The notes beneath the pieces were generated by a model, which did no database searches, had not been told where the DNA came from, and saw only the letters and a list, made by a program, of their open reading frames with translations. DNA of 64,000 nucleotides, taken from positions 1 through 64,000 of the IMG/VR virus record IMGVR_UViG_3300032284_001133; one strand, 5' to 3'. This document shows, in pieces, positions 38,011-48,232 of the stretch (positions are counted from its first letter, which is position 1; every line of letters starts with the position of its first letter). The stretch is from a virus. A program made the translations under genes and the position numbers.

Positions 38011-40983
38011 ATGGCAGACGTAACCGGTACAATAGGTAATGAACATGTAGAACTAGATAATGCGGCTACCGAAGCCACGTTAAGAGCATTACTGGCGGCT
38101 ACCAAAGGCCTAAACCAATCTATTATCAAAATGCAACCTAAAACAGGTGGCAAAGGAGGAATAGAAGAACTTGATAAAGCATCTGAAAAAACTGGAAAAA
38201 GTTTTGCATCTCTGGTAAAATCTGTCGGTCCTGCTGGAGTAGCATTTGATACATTAACCAAAGCGGCCAGCGGCTTAGGAGGAGTTCTTGGTTCTTTGAT
38301 GGCAGGCGCTGTTAAGACTGGCGAGAATTTAATAGAGTTAGGTAAGGCGGCCGTTGAAGGCAACGCTCGAATGAGTGGTGTCTATAAGGCGTTTGAAGAT
38401 CTTCCTTTTGGTATAGGTAAAGTTGCTAGCCTGTTTACCATGTTAGCAAAAATACAAGAAGCTAACCTAGATGCTTATAGACAGATGAGCAAGTCTGGTG
38501 TTAATTTTTCAGGTAGCCTAACAGATTTAAGATTAGCGGCCAGTGATGCTTATATGACCTTAGATCAGTTTACAAATTTTGTTGGAAAAAATTCTGAAGC
38601 ATTAGCTATGATGGGAGAAACTGCTGATAAAGGTGCAAAGAATTTTGTTAGACTAAGTCATTCTTTAATTGACAGTAAATTAGGTGATCAATTAATGGCT
38701 ATGGGTATGACTACTGAAGAAATTAATCAAGGCATGGCCAATTATATTAAAATGTCAGGCGGTCGAACTGATAAAGAAATGCAAGATACTGCAAAATTAT
38801 CAAAAGCCGCAGGTGAATATATGATGCAGTTAGATGCTCTTTCACAGATAACAGGTGAAAGCAGAGCCGCTGAAGAAGAAAAATTAAAACAAGCCACGCA
38901 AGACGCACAGTTTGAAGCAATGATGCAAGGGCTAGATGAAGAAGGCAGAAAGAAAGCTATGGCGGCTATGGCCAATGCTTTAGCCACAGGTGGCAAAGGA
39001 GCCGCCGATGCATTAAAAGCTAAAATGTTAGGAATTCCACCTGTTACAGAAGCCGCTCAAAATTTTGTTGCATTGTATCCTAAAGCCGCATCTCATATTG
39101 AAAGAATGGGAGATGCTGTAACTGATCAAAAGAAAGGCATAGATGATGTTAATCACATAAACGGTGAAGCCGCAGTTGCATTAGCAAAAGAAAACAAAGC
39201 CTTAGGTAAAGAAACACGAGCCGCAATAACTGCGGCAGGCGGTTCGTTAGCAAGCACTATTACTGATGCTACTAAAACTCAAAACATGCTTAACGCTAAA
39301 GGAATTAAAACAGCCGACGACTACGATAAGATGATGAAAGACATTGCTAAGAATGAAGAAGATCGTAGAAAAAGTGAAGCAGAAGCCGCAGCCGCGGCAG
39401 AAAAATCTTTAAAAGATTTAGGCAATACTATATTATCTGCTTTAACTCCTGTGTTTAAAGCTATGGCTCCGTTGGTTACTGATATTGTAAGAAATTTTGC
39501 CAGCTGGCTTAAGAGCGTTGACATGGACAAGTTAGGTAAAGATATGGCAGGGCTTGCTAAAGCTGTTACAGAATACATGTCAAATTTATTCAGTCCAGAA
39601 GGTAGACAAAAAATTATTAATGATATCACATACTACATGAAATTAATGTTAATTGAAATTAAAAAAGCTATCATTCCTTGGTATAGTGAAGCCGATGCTG
39701 AAAAAGATAAGAAAAAATTAGATGAACAAAAATCTGCATATGATGCTCAGGCTGAACAAGTTAGACTTGCTACAGGTGCAGAGCAAAGAAAAACAGCATT
39801 AGCTTTAGACGGAGACAAAGCGGCTCAAGAAAGAGTTAAAGCTGAAAACAAAGCATCAGAAGAACGAATTAAAAATGCAAACGAACAATTAAGAGATGGT
39901 AAGATTACTAAAGAACAAGCCGAAGCTATAAGAAAACGCGAACAAGCGGACATTGATAAAAAACAAGCGGCCTTGGACATGTTAGATGCAAAGACTGGTA
40001 AACTTGATGATGCAAAACGTAAAGAATTACAAGCTCAGCAAAAGACACTTGAAGAAGGTGGAGCTGTCGCAAAAGAAAAGATGGACAAAGTCCGAGAACA
40101 AGAAATTAAAGATAAGTCAAAAGAAGGAACACTTACAGGAAAAGCAACTGGCGCTGTAGCTGGAGGTGTTACAGGAGGTGTTGCTGGTTCAGTCGGTGGA
40201 GCAACAGCAGGTGCATGGGTAGGTGGTGCAATAGGAACCTTGCTTGGACCTTTAGGAACTGTAGCCGGAGCGGCCATAGGTTCAAGTGTTGGATCTTGGC
40301 TAGGCGGCGCCGGTGGTGCATTACTCGGTGGTTACATCGGTGAAGAAGTTGGCAATGCTGTAACAGCGCCATCTGAAAAAGCGGTAAGAAAATCTATGGA
40401 TGAGAAAAAGGCCTTAGAAAAACGTGCCGCAGGAGGTCCGGTTAAGAAAGGTGAGCCTTACTGGGTGGGAGAAAGCGGCCCAGAAATTATGAAACCAGAT
40501 ACCGGAGGACAGATTATTCCTAACAGTATGTTACAGATGCCTGGAACTAAAGACATTAATAGCAGTTTTGATGCTATGACTAAAGAGTTAAAATCTCAAA
40601 GTATGGGATTACCTCCTATGTCTAAAGACGCATTAAATTTTAGTTCTTTGATGCCCGATGGATTGTCAACAGCGATGAAGACCGTTGGAGCTAAAACTAG
40701 CCAACTAACTGAAGATACAAAAGAAAAAGACAAAAAATCACCAACCTTTGAAGAAATGGTTGCAGGGTTTGGTAAATCAGTACAAGAAAAAGTACTAGGA
40801 GTTACCAATAATGCAACTACTCCTCACATGACAGCAGAGCAAGGAAAAAATTTAGTATCCGAGCTACAACTGTTAAATAAACAAACAGCAGACATGTTGA
40901 AATACATTCGTGATACAGCAGATCATGCTAAAAACACAGTAGATGCAACAAAAGCTCTTAACGGGAACATATTCGCTAGATAA
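38011..40983 (+). CDS. Tail tape measure protein (990 aa)
   Basis: Ala/Lys/Glu-rich helical protein, glycine-zipper hydrophobic segment, RAAGGPV..G..YWVGESGPE motif typical of tape-measure C-termini; adjacent to chaperone gene. Confidence 0.8.
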   Translation: MADVTGTIGNEHVELDNAATEATLRALLAATKGLNQSIIKMQPKTGGKGGIEELDKASEKTGKSFASLVKSVGPAGVAFDTLTKAASGLGGVLGSLMAGAVKTGENLIELGKAAVEGNARMSGVYKAFEDLPFGIGKVASLFTMLAKIQEANLDAYRQMSKSGVNFSGSLTDLRLAASDAYMTLDQFTNFVGKNSEALAMMGETADKGAKNFVRLSHSLIDSKLGDQLMAMGMTTEEINQGMANYIKMSGGRTDKEMQDTAKLSKAAGEYMMQLDALSQITGESRAAEEEKLKQATQDAQFEAMMQGLDEEGRKKAMAAMANALATGGKGAADALKAKMLGIPPVTEAAQNFVALYPKAASHIERMGDAVTDQKKGIDDVNHINGEAAVALAKENKALGKETRAAITAAGGSLASTITDATKTQNMLNAKGIKTADDYDKMMKDIAKNEEDRRKSEAEAAAAAEKSLKDLGNTILSALTPVFKAMAPLVTDIVRNFASWLKSVDMDKLGKDMAGLAKAVTEYMSNLFSPEGRQKIINDITYYMKLMLIEIKKAIIPWYSEADAEKDKKKLDEQKSAYDAQAEQVRLATGAEQRKTALALDGDKAAQERVKAENKASEERIKNANEQLRDGKITKEQAEAIRKREQADIDKKQAALDMLDAKTGKLDDAKRKELQAQQKTLEEGGAVAKEKMDKVREQEIKDKSKEGTLTGKATGAVAGGVTGGVAGSVGGATAGAWVGGAIGTLLGPLGTVAGAAIGSSVGSWLGGAGGALLGGYIGEEVGNAVTAPSEKAVRKSMDEKKALEKRAAGGPVKKGEPYWVGESGPEIMKPDTGGQIIPNSMLQMPGTKDINSSFDAMTKELKSQSMGLPPMSKDALNFSSLMPDGLSTAMKTVGAKTSQLTEDTKEKDKKSPTFEEMVAGFGKSVQEKVLGVTNNATTPHMTAEQGKNLVSELQLLNKQTADMLKYIRDTADHAKNTVDATKALNGNIFAR

Positions 40984-40985
40984 TT

Positions 40986-42716
40986 ATGAGTTGGAAAAAA
41001 TACTTTACACCAGTTAACATATCTGGATCAATGAGTCCTATATCGGGCTCTACAATGCCTACAGGTAGTAAATCAAACTACAGCTCATACCTTCCAGATG
41101 TTTATTCCGGGCATCCAAACCGACTTGAACGATACAGTCAATACGACACAATGGATACCGATAGTGAAGTTAACGCGGCATTAGATATTCTAGCAGAATT
41201 TTGCACTCAAACAAACGACGAAAATGCTACACCTTTTGAAATTTTCTTTAAGGAACAAGCAACTAGTTCAGAAATTAAAATTATTAAAAAATATCTACAG
41301 CAGTGGACTAAATTAAACAAATTTACTAATCGAATCTTTAAGATAGTAAGAAATGCATTTAAATTTGGAGATGCATTTTTTGTTCGAGATCCAGAAACAC
41401 TAGCATGGATGTATGTAGATCCTAGCAAAGTAGATAAAATTATTGTTAATGAAAGTGATGGTAAGAAACCAGAACAGTATGTTATTCGAGATTTAAACAT
41501 TAATTTTCAAAATTTAACAGTAACTCAAATCAACCCAAGTAATCAAAATGCAACTCCGGGTGGTACAGCTTATGTAACAGGTGGTTCACATCAGCAAGGT
41601 ATGGTTGGTGCGTATCCTCAATCAGCAGGCGGGAGATTTGGAGTTAATCAAAATCAATGGGCAATTGACGCTAAACATGTCATTCATATTAGTATGAGCG
41701 AAGGTTTAGATAATAACTTTCCTTTTGGAAATAGTCTGTTAGAATCAATTTTTAAAGTCTACAAGCAAAAAGAATTGCTTGAAGATGCTATTATCATATA
41801 TCGTGTACAACGTGCTCCTGAGCGCAGAGTATTCTATATCGACGTAGGCAATATGCCATCACATTTAGCAATGAGCTTCGTAGAGCGTGTTAAGAATGAA
41901 GTTAATCAACGCCGTATACCATCTGTTACAGGTGGCGGTCAATCGGTTATTGATGCTTCATATAACCCATTAAGTATCAACGAAGATTATTTCTTTCCAC
42001 AGACAGCAGAAGGTAGAGGATCAAAAGTTGAGATTTTACCCGGCGGTACAAACTTAGGTGAAATTGATGACTTACGCTACTTTACTAATAAATTGTTTAG
42101 AGCTTTACGTATTCCTAGCTCTTATCTACCAACTGGTCCGGATGACGGAGGAAGCTCCTTTAATGATGGACGAGTTGGGACAGCCTATATACAAGAATTG
42201 CGATTCAACAAATACTGTGAACGACTACAAAGTTTAATGAATGAAACATTTGATTCTGAATTTAAACAATATATGTTTAATAAAGGTATTAACTTTGATC
42301 CTAATATCTTTGATTTAAAATTTAATCCTCCGCAAAACTTTGCTTCATATCGTCAAGCAGAAATGGATACTGCTCGCGTTGGTACATTTGGTACGCTAGT
42401 GGCTGTGCCTTTTATGAGCAAACGATTTGCTATGAAACGTTTCTTAGGTATGACTGCTGAAGAAATTAGTGAAAACGAACAAATGTGGAAAGAAGAAAAC
42501 GGTCTTTCTGAAAATAAACTACCTGCACTTTCTGAATTACGATCAGCTGGAATTACTTCTGGTAACATGGAAAGCGATATACAAGATCTATCACAAAGTC
42601 AACCCCCTCCTGAAGGCATGGAGGGAGGATTAGATATGGATACCAGTGGGGCTCCGGCCCCAAGTGCCGCACAAGGCGGTCCTGCAAGCGGTGCTAATCC
42701 TGCACCTCCTATGTAA
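40986..42716 (+). CDS. Portal protein, T4 gp20-like (576 aa)
   Basis: LLEDAIIIYRVQRAPERRVFYIDVGNMP, EDYFFPQTAEGRGSKVEILPGG.NLGEIDDLRYF signatures. Confidence 0.96.
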   Translation: MSWKKYFTPVNISGSMSPISGSTMPTGSKSNYSSYLPDVYSGHPNRLERYSQYDTMDTDSEVNAALDILAEFCTQTNDENATPFEIFFKEQATSSEIKIIKKYLQQWTKLNKFTNRIFKIVRNAFKFGDAFFVRDPETLAWMYVDPSKVDKIIVNESDGKKPEQYVIRDLNINFQNLTVTQINPSNQNATPGGTAYVTGGSHQQGMVGAYPQSAGGRFGVNQNQWAIDAKHVIHISMSEGLDNNFPFGNSLLESIFKVYKQKELLEDAIIIYRVQRAPERRVFYIDVGNMPSHLAMSFVERVKNEVNQRRIPSVTGGGQSVIDASYNPLSINEDYFFPQTAEGRGSKVEILPGGTNLGEIDDLRYFTNKLFRALRIPSSYLPTGPDDGGSSFNDGRVGTAYIQELRFNKYCERLQSLMNETFDSEFKQYMFNKGINFDPNIFDLKFNPPQNFASYRQAEMDTARVGTFGTLVAVPFMSKRFAMKRFLGMTAEEISENEQMWKEENGLSENKLPALSELRSAGITSGNMESDIQDLSQSQPPPEGMEGGLDMDTSGAPAPSAAQGGPASGANPAPPM

Positions 42717-42732
42717 TTTGGTAAATATAGAC

Positions 42733-42972
42733 ATGCTACTTAACGAATTCATTTATTTTAACAAAGATTCTGAAGAGATGTCTTCTAACGATCGTTTTGA
42801 CCCAACACATGACGATTCAGTTATTAATTCTAAAGACCTAAGAAAGACTAGATTAACATTAAAAATGTTAAATGATTTACGCAAAGCTGGTGATTCTAGA
42901 GAACAAGAACAAAAAGAAGATTTAGAATTAGTACAGACAATGTACAAAATCCCTGAAGAACAGCCAGCATAA
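42733..42972 (+). CDS. Small conserved head-region protein (79 aa)
   Basis: Likely start ATG 42733 (MLLNEF...), 5 nt after TAAATA; RKTRLTLKMLNDLRK motif. The longer track ORF overlaps the portal gene. Confidence 0.7.
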   Translation: MLLNEFIYFNKDSEEMSSNDRFDPTHDDSVINSKDLRKTRLTLKMLNDLRKAGDSREQEQKEDLELVQTMYKIPEEQPA

Positions 42973-43164
42973 TAATCTATCCTGATAACTTTTCAGGATA
43001 AATTCTTAAATATTATTAACAAAAGAATCAAAAAACCCAAAAATTTTTGGGTAACTGAGGTCAAAAATGCTCGTTTTTGGCCTATTTCGCATAACTAAAT
43101 CGAAATGGCTGTAAATACAGCATATGACAAGCCTTGCCGCAAAACTAATTTAAGGAGAACCCGC

Positions 43165-44193
43165 ATGTCTAACAAGTTTGAACAACTATTAGATCTTCTT
43201 GTTAACGAAGAACATGAAAAAGCCAATGAACTATTTCATGAAATCGTTGTAGAGAAGTCTAGAAGTATCTATGAAAATTTAATTGCTGAAGAAGCAGATG
43301 AAGAAATGGAAGAAGATTCCGAAGAACAGGAAGATGAAGCCGTTGAAGAAGAAACTACATTTGAAATCGGTGGCGATAGTGCTGACGATTTAGTAGGTGG
43401 AATTGAAGACCACGATGCTATGGATGCCGCAGGCGCTGATGATGAATTTGGCGACGAGGAAGGCGACGATGCATTTGGTGGTGACGAAATGGGTGGTGAA
43501 GAAGACCTAGAAGATAAAGTTATGGATTTAGAAGATGCTTTAGAAGAGTTAAAAGCTGAATTTGAAGCTTTATTAGCTGGCGAAGAACACGAAGAAGAAA
43601 AAGATCCTGATATCCACGGTCATGCTTTAGACGACATCGAAGGTAAAGATGACGAAGATGACGAAGAAGATGACGAAGAAGATGACGAAGAAGATGAAGA
43701 CATGATGCCTACAGAAAGTCGTCAATTTACTCGTGAATATCGCGAAACAGTTGGAAACGACTGGGATAAGGGTAAGCAAAAAGAACAAGGTAAAAACGTA
43801 GGTGGTGGTTCTGGTGAATCATATCCTGCACCTGTAGAAGGTAAGAGCCCTACAAGTTCTGGTAAAGGTAAGCCACAAAGTGGTGCAAACGCAAGTAACA
43901 TCGCACAAGGTGGTACAGGCGTAGGTGAAATGAGTGGTACAAGTCCTAATGCAGACAAAGGTAGCCGCGGTTTAGTTGGCGGTACTAAAGGTGAATTCAC
44001 TAAAGGTGTTGAAAAGAACATCTCTAGCTCATCTAAGTCTAGCATGAAAGATGGCGCAAAACTAGAAAAACAAGGTTCTGGTTATCCTAATAATAACAAA
44101 TCAGCAGGTCCAGTAGGTTCTGGAACAGGCGACAAAGCTGGTCAAACTAGCATTGGTAGCCAAAAGTCAATTGTTGACCACAAGATTGGTTAA
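43165..44193 (+). CDS. Highly acidic prohead core-type protein (342 aa)
   Basis: Start ATG 43165 after AAGGAG; Asp/Glu-rich N-half, Gly/Ser/Lys-rich C-half; position between portal and protease as for T4 gp67/gp68. Confidence 0.75.
   Translation: MSNKFEQLLDLLVNEEHEKANELFHEIVVEKSRSIYENLIAEEADEEMEEDSEEQEDEAVEEETTFEIGGDSADDLVGGIEDHDAMDAAGADDEFGDEEGDDAFGGDEMGGEEDLEDKVMDLEDALEELKAEFEALLAGEEHEEEKDPDIHGHALDDIEGKDDEDDEEDDEEDDEEDEDMMPTESRQFTREYRETVGNDWDKGKQKEQGKNVGGGSGESYPAPVEGKSPTSSGKGKPQSGANASNIAQGGTGVGEMSGTSPNADKGSRGLVGGTKGEFTKGVEKNISSSSKSSMKDGAKLEKQGSGYPNNNKSAGPVGSGTGDKAGQTSIGSQKSIVDHKIG
43657..43692 (+). repeat. 12-bp coding tandem repeat (GATGACGAAGAA x3)
   Basis: Three exact copies encoding DDEE. 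Confidence 0.85.
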
Positions 44194-44205
44194 TAGGAAA
44201 TCTTA

Positions 44206-44835
44206 ATGAAACATTCTTATCTAAGAGAACATCTAAGTTTTGATCAAGCTCGAGTAATACTTGAGTCTCAAGGCGAGGATGGCAAAGACCTTTACTTAAA
44301 AGGAATTGCTATTCAAGGTGGTATTCGTAATGCAAACCAGCGGGTTTATCCAGTAGACGAAATTACCACCGCCGTAAAGACTCTAAACGATCAGATTAAA
44401 AATGGATATTCTGTTTTAGGTGAGGTTGATCATCCAGATGATTTAAAAGTAAATTTAGACCGTGTTAGCCACATGATTACAGATATGTGGATGGACGGTC
44501 CAAATGGTTACGGGAAGATGAAAATTCTTCCTACCCCGATGGGTCAACTAGTTCGTACTATGCTTGAGGCAGGTGTAAAACTTGGCGTCAGTTCACGCGG
44601 TAGCGGAAACGTTAACGAAATGAACGGTGAAGTAGCCGACTTTGAAATTATTACAGTAGATATAGTTGCTCAACCTAGTGCGCCAGGAGCTTATCCTACA
44701 CCAGTATATGAACATCTTATGAATAATAAAGGTGGCTATTATGCATGGAGGGTTGCGCAAGAGGTAAAAGAAGATCCGAAAGCCCAGAAGTATCTTAAGG
44801 AATCAATGCTTAAGATTATTAACGGGTTAAAATAA
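44206..44835 (+). CDS. Prohead protease, T4 gp21-like (209 aa)
   Basis: NANQRVYP, LGEVDHP, LGVSSRGSG, DIVAQPSAPGAY signatures. Confidence 0.96.
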   Translation: MKHSYLREHLSFDQARVILESQGEDGKDLYLKGIAIQGGIRNANQRVYPVDEITTAVKTLNDQIKNGYSVLGEVDHPDDLKVNLDRVSHMITDMWMDGPNGYGKMKILPTPMGQLVRTMLEAGVKLGVSSRGSGNVNEMNGEVADFEIITVDIVAQPSAPGAYPTPVYEHLMNNKGGYYAWRVAQEVKEDPKAQKYLKESMLKIINGLK

Positions 44836-44844
44836 GGAGAAACA

Positions 44845-45954
44845 GTGATGTTGGACGCATTCAAACAACTAGTAGAAAGTGGTATGATGTCAGAAGAAAT
44901 TAAATCTGAAATTGAAACCGCTTTTAATACTAAGATTCAAGAAAATCGCGACCAAGTCACCGCTGAATTAAGAGAAGAGTTTGCTCAAAAATATGCGCAC
45001 GATAAGGCGCAGATTGTTGAAGGACTTGACAAACTAGTCAGCGAGCGATTGGCCGTGGAAATGGCTGAACTTGCAGATGATAAAAAAGCTCTAGCAGAAG
45101 CTAAAGTTGCCTATCATAACAAGATGGATGCAGATGCTAAAGTAATGGAAGCATTTGTTCTAAAACAGCTAACAAAAGAAATGCACGAATTCCAAAGCGA
45201 CCGTCAAAAAGTTGCAGAGAATTTTGGCAAACTAGAACAGTTCATTGTAACTGCTCTAGCAAAAGAAATCCAAGAATTTGCCGTAGACAAGCGTGATCTA
45301 GCTGAAACAAAAGTTAAGTTAGTTCGTGAAGCTAAGACTAAATTCGAAGATATCAAAGCACGTTTCATTCAACGTAGTTCTAAGATTGTTCAAGAAGCAG
45401 TTGCTACACAGTTGAAATCAGAAATCAAGCAATTGAAAGAAGATATCGATTCAGCACGTCAGAACAGCTTTGGACGTAAAATGTTTGAAACGTTTGCACA
45501 AGAGTATAGCACAAGCTACCTAAATGAAAAGTCTGAAACAGCCAAGCTATTAAAAGCTATTGCTAAGAAAGATCAAGAGTTAGCTGAAGCAAAATCAGCA
45601 GTTGCAGAAAAAGCTCAATTAGTTGAATCTAAAGAAAGAGAAATCCGTATTCAGAAAAACCAAGCAGAGCGTAAGGCTGTAATGAGCGAGATGTTAGCAC
45701 CACTAAGTGCTGACAAGAGAGCAATTATGCAAGACCTTTTAGAAAGTGTACAAACTCCTAAACTTGCTACTGCTTTTGAGAAATACCTACCCGCAGTTAT
45801 GGAAGGCGCAACACAGAAAATTGTTAAGGCAGAACAAAAACCTGCTAAAACAATGATTAATGAAGGCACTGAAGTTACTGGTGATCGCGAAGCTAAACCC
45901 GCGGTAGGCTTAGATAACATCTTAGACATCCGCAAGTTAGCGGGCCTAAAATAA
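44845..45954 (+). CDS. Prohead scaffolding protein, T4 gp22-like
   Basis: Coiled-coil, Glu/Lys-rich, between protease and capsid genes; AAGGAG SD; start may be ATG 44848. Confidence 0.88.
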   Translation: MMLDAFKQLVESGMMSEEIKSEIETAFNTKIQENRDQVTAELREEFAQKYAHDKAQIVEGLDKLVSERLAVEMAELADDKKALAEAKVAYHNKMDADAKVMEAFVLKQLTKEMHEFQSDRQKVAENFGKLEQFIVTALAKEIQEFAVDKRDLAETKVKLVREAKTKFEDIKARFIQRSSKIVQEAVATQLKSEIKQLKEDIDSARQNSFGRKMFETFAQEYSTSYLNEKSETAKLLKAIAKKDQELAEAKSAVAEKAQLVESKEREIRIQKNQAERKAVMSEMLAPLSADKRAIMQDLLESVQTPKLATAFEKYLPAVMEGATQKIVKAEQKPAKTMINEGTEVTGDREAKPAVGLDNILDIRKLAGLK

Positions 45955-45974
45955 TTATATTCAAGGAGACATAA

Positions 45975-47150
45975 ATGTCACAATTATTAAATGAAAGATG
46001 GTCAGAGACCAAAGAAGCTCTGCTTGAAGGCCTACAAGGTACCCGTCGTTCTTCTATGCAAATTTGTTTAGAAAACACACGTAAGTATCTAGCAGAAGCC
46101 GCAACAGCAGGTGCAACAAGTTCTGGTAATATCGCAACTTTAAACCGCGTTATTCTTCCAGTAATTCGTCGTGTTATGCCAACAGTTATCGCTAATGAAA
46201 TTATTGGCGTTCAACCTATGACAGGTCCAGTTGGACAAATTCACACTCTACGTGTTCGTTATGCTGATACTAGCACTGAAGTCGTAGCAGGTGAAGAAGC
46301 ATTAAGCCCATTCAAGATTGCTCAGGCTTATTCTGGTAACAACAATGCGACAACTCCAAAAGCTGCCGCAACAAGCCAGCTAGAAGGTCAACCAGGCAAC
46401 AGAATGAGCATCCAAATCTTGAAAGCTAGCGTTGAAGCTAAGTCTCGTAAACTAAGCGCACGTTGGACTTTTGAGGCTGCTCAAGATGCACAAGCACAAC
46501 AAGGTATTGATATCGAAGCAGAAATCATGGCCGCTTTAGCTCAAGAAATTACAGCTGAAATCGACCAAGAAATTCTAGCTTCTCTACGTGCGTTAGCTAG
46601 CGTAGAAGCAACTTATGATCAATCATTAGTTTCTGGTACAGCAACATTCGTTGGTGATGAACACGCCGCATTGGCAATTCTAATCAACCGTACAGCTAAC
46701 TTAATTGCTCAACGTACACGTCGTGGTGCGGCTAACTGGGCAGTTATTTCTAACCAAGCATTGACAATTCTACAATCTGCTACTACAAGCGCATTTGCTC
46801 GTACAACAGAAGGTACATTCGAAGCTCCAACAAACACCAAGTTCGTTGGTACATTGAATGGCGCTATGCGTGTTTATGTTGACGCATACAAAGTTGACAG
46901 CGATGACAACAACCAAGTATTGTTAGGTTATAAGGGTTCTAGCGAGGCTGATGCCGCCGCATTCTATTGCCCATATATTCCTCTAATGAGCTCTGGTGTT
47001 GTTCTAGACCCAGCAACATTTGAACCAGTAGTTGGTTTCTTAACACGTTACGGTTATGTAGAACTTTCTAACACAGCAAGTTCTCTAGGTAACGCTGCCG
47101 ACTACCTAGGTAAGGTTGCTATTACTAGCGCAAACGTAAGTTTCCAATAA
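45975..47150 (+). CDS. Major capsid protein, T4 gp23-like (391 aa)
   Basis: IGVQPMTGPVGQI, SRKLSARWTFEAAQD, EITAEIDQE, FYCPYIPL, TRYG signatures; AAGGAG SD. Confidence 0.97.
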   Translation: MSQLLNERWSETKEALLEGLQGTRRSSMQICLENTRKYLAEAATAGATSSGNIATLNRVILPVIRRVMPTVIANEIIGVQPMTGPVGQIHTLRVRYADTSTEVVAGEEALSPFKIAQAYSGNNNATTPKAAATSQLEGQPGNRMSIQILKASVEAKSRKLSARWTFEAAQDAQAQQGIDIEAEIMAALAQEITAEIDQEILASLRALASVEATYDQSLVSGTATFVGDEHAALAILINRTANLIAQRTRRGAANWAVISNQALTILQSATTSAFARTTEGTFEAPTNTKFVGTLNGAMRVYVDAYKVDSDDNNQVLLGYKGSSEADAAAFYCPYIPLMSSGVVLDPATFEPVVGFLTRYGYVELSNTASSLGNAADYLGKVAITSANVSFQ

Positions 47151-47176
47151 TCTTTTTAAGGTTATTAAACTACACC

Positions 47177-47202
47177 AAAAAAGCACCTTCGGGTGCTTTT
47201 TT
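47177..47202 (+). terminator. Rho-independent terminator after the capsid gene
   Basis: AAAAAAGCACC-TTCG-GGTGCTTTTTT. Confidence 0.9.
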
Positions 47203-47281
47203 GTTAAATACAGTGTCTAGATTATTATGCTGTACCCACAGCGTAGGGCCTAGAACGCTCATAATTCAAAGGAGAAACAAA

Positions 47282-48193
47282 ATGGGACGTCCTCTAAAAA
47301 AGAGATATTTTTTAAAAAATAATACACCTTCTGATGTAGTAAAATACGAAGGTGTTACAGTAAGCATCAATTCTAATGGTACTGGTTACTCAACCGGTGC
47401 TGTAGCAAAATTTTCAGCACCACAAGATGCCGCAGGTGTTACAGCAACATTAGGCTTAACAATTACTCCAGCAGGTGGAATTACTGCCGCTAGTATTACT
47501 AACGTTGGTTCTGGTTATAATGCCGCCCCAACAGTTACAGTAACTCCAGCCGCTACACAAAATAACACAGCAGTAGCAACTTCTTCAAGTTTCACACTTA
47601 CAAACGTTTCTGGTGTAAACGGAATTTATCCAGGTATGTTAGTTAGTGGTTGGAGCGGATTAACAGCTTTCTCGCATGTTGCTAGTGTAGGTACAAATAC
47701 AATTACACTTGATAAAGCTATTACTGCTTCAGGTGGCTCTACTGGAACTAGTGTAACATTTAGCTATTCTGATACAGGTACTGGTGCTACATTTACAGTT
47801 GGACTAACACCAACTGAAATTCTTCCAGGTACTATTGCGGCAACAGCATACTTAACAACAGGTTCAGGTGCTGTAACTTCTGCTATTATTAAACAAGAAG
47901 GCTCACGTAGCTATCTAGTTGAAAATACACAAGGCCGTGGCCGTGTTAAATTGGCTACAACTGATGCTTTAACAGCAGGTACAATGAAAATTATTGCTAC
48001 CGACGGAGCAGGTTCTACGTATTATGTAAAAAAATTAACTGCACGTAAAGTTTCTTTAGTTAGTCGTACAAACACAAGTACAGGAGTAATTACTTTAACC
48101 AGTGATGGTACTTATACTGTTGGTACAGCAAAATGGACTGCAGGTGTAGCAACAGGTACACAACAAGTTACTATTGGTACAAATACAATTTAA
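47282..48193 (+). CDS. Thr/Gly-rich virion structural (decoration-type) protein (303 aa)
   Basis: Start ATG 47282 (MGRPLKK) after AAGGAG; own TAAATA at 47205-47210; GxGY..AP.V repeats. Confidence 0.75.
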   Translation: MGRPLKKRYFLKNNTPSDVVKYEGVTVSINSNGTGYSTGAVAKFSAPQDAAGVTATLGLTITPAGGITAASITNVGSGYNAAPTVTVTPAATQNNTAVATSSSFTLTNVSGVNGIYPGMLVSGWSGLTAFSHVASVGTNTITLDKAITASGGSTGTSVTFSYSDTGTGATFTVGLTPTEILPGTIAATAYLTTGSGAVTSAIIKQEGSRSYLVENTQGRGRVKLATTDALTAGTMKIIATDGAGSTYYVKKLTARKVSLVSRTNTSTGVITLTSDGTYTVGTAKWTAGVATGTQQVTIGTNTI

Positions 48194-48207
48194 ATTTGTG
48201 TTATAAT

Positions 48208-48230
48208 AAGGGGGAGTAATCCCCCTTTTC
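48208..48230 (+). terminator. Rho-independent terminator
   Basis: AAGGGGGA-GTAA-TCCCCCTT followed by TTCTT. Confidence 0.8.
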
Positions 48231-48232
48231 TT

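Noticed and set aside
37938-38363. N-terminal 142 aa of the 430-aa track ORF
   Set aside because: Overlaps the tape-measure gene on the opposite strand; SD and promoter support GTG 37937 as the start.
43105-43164. Upstream extension of the acidic core protein (likewise 42646 and 47201 starts)
   Set aside because: SD or promoter positions support starts at 43165, 42733 and 47282.
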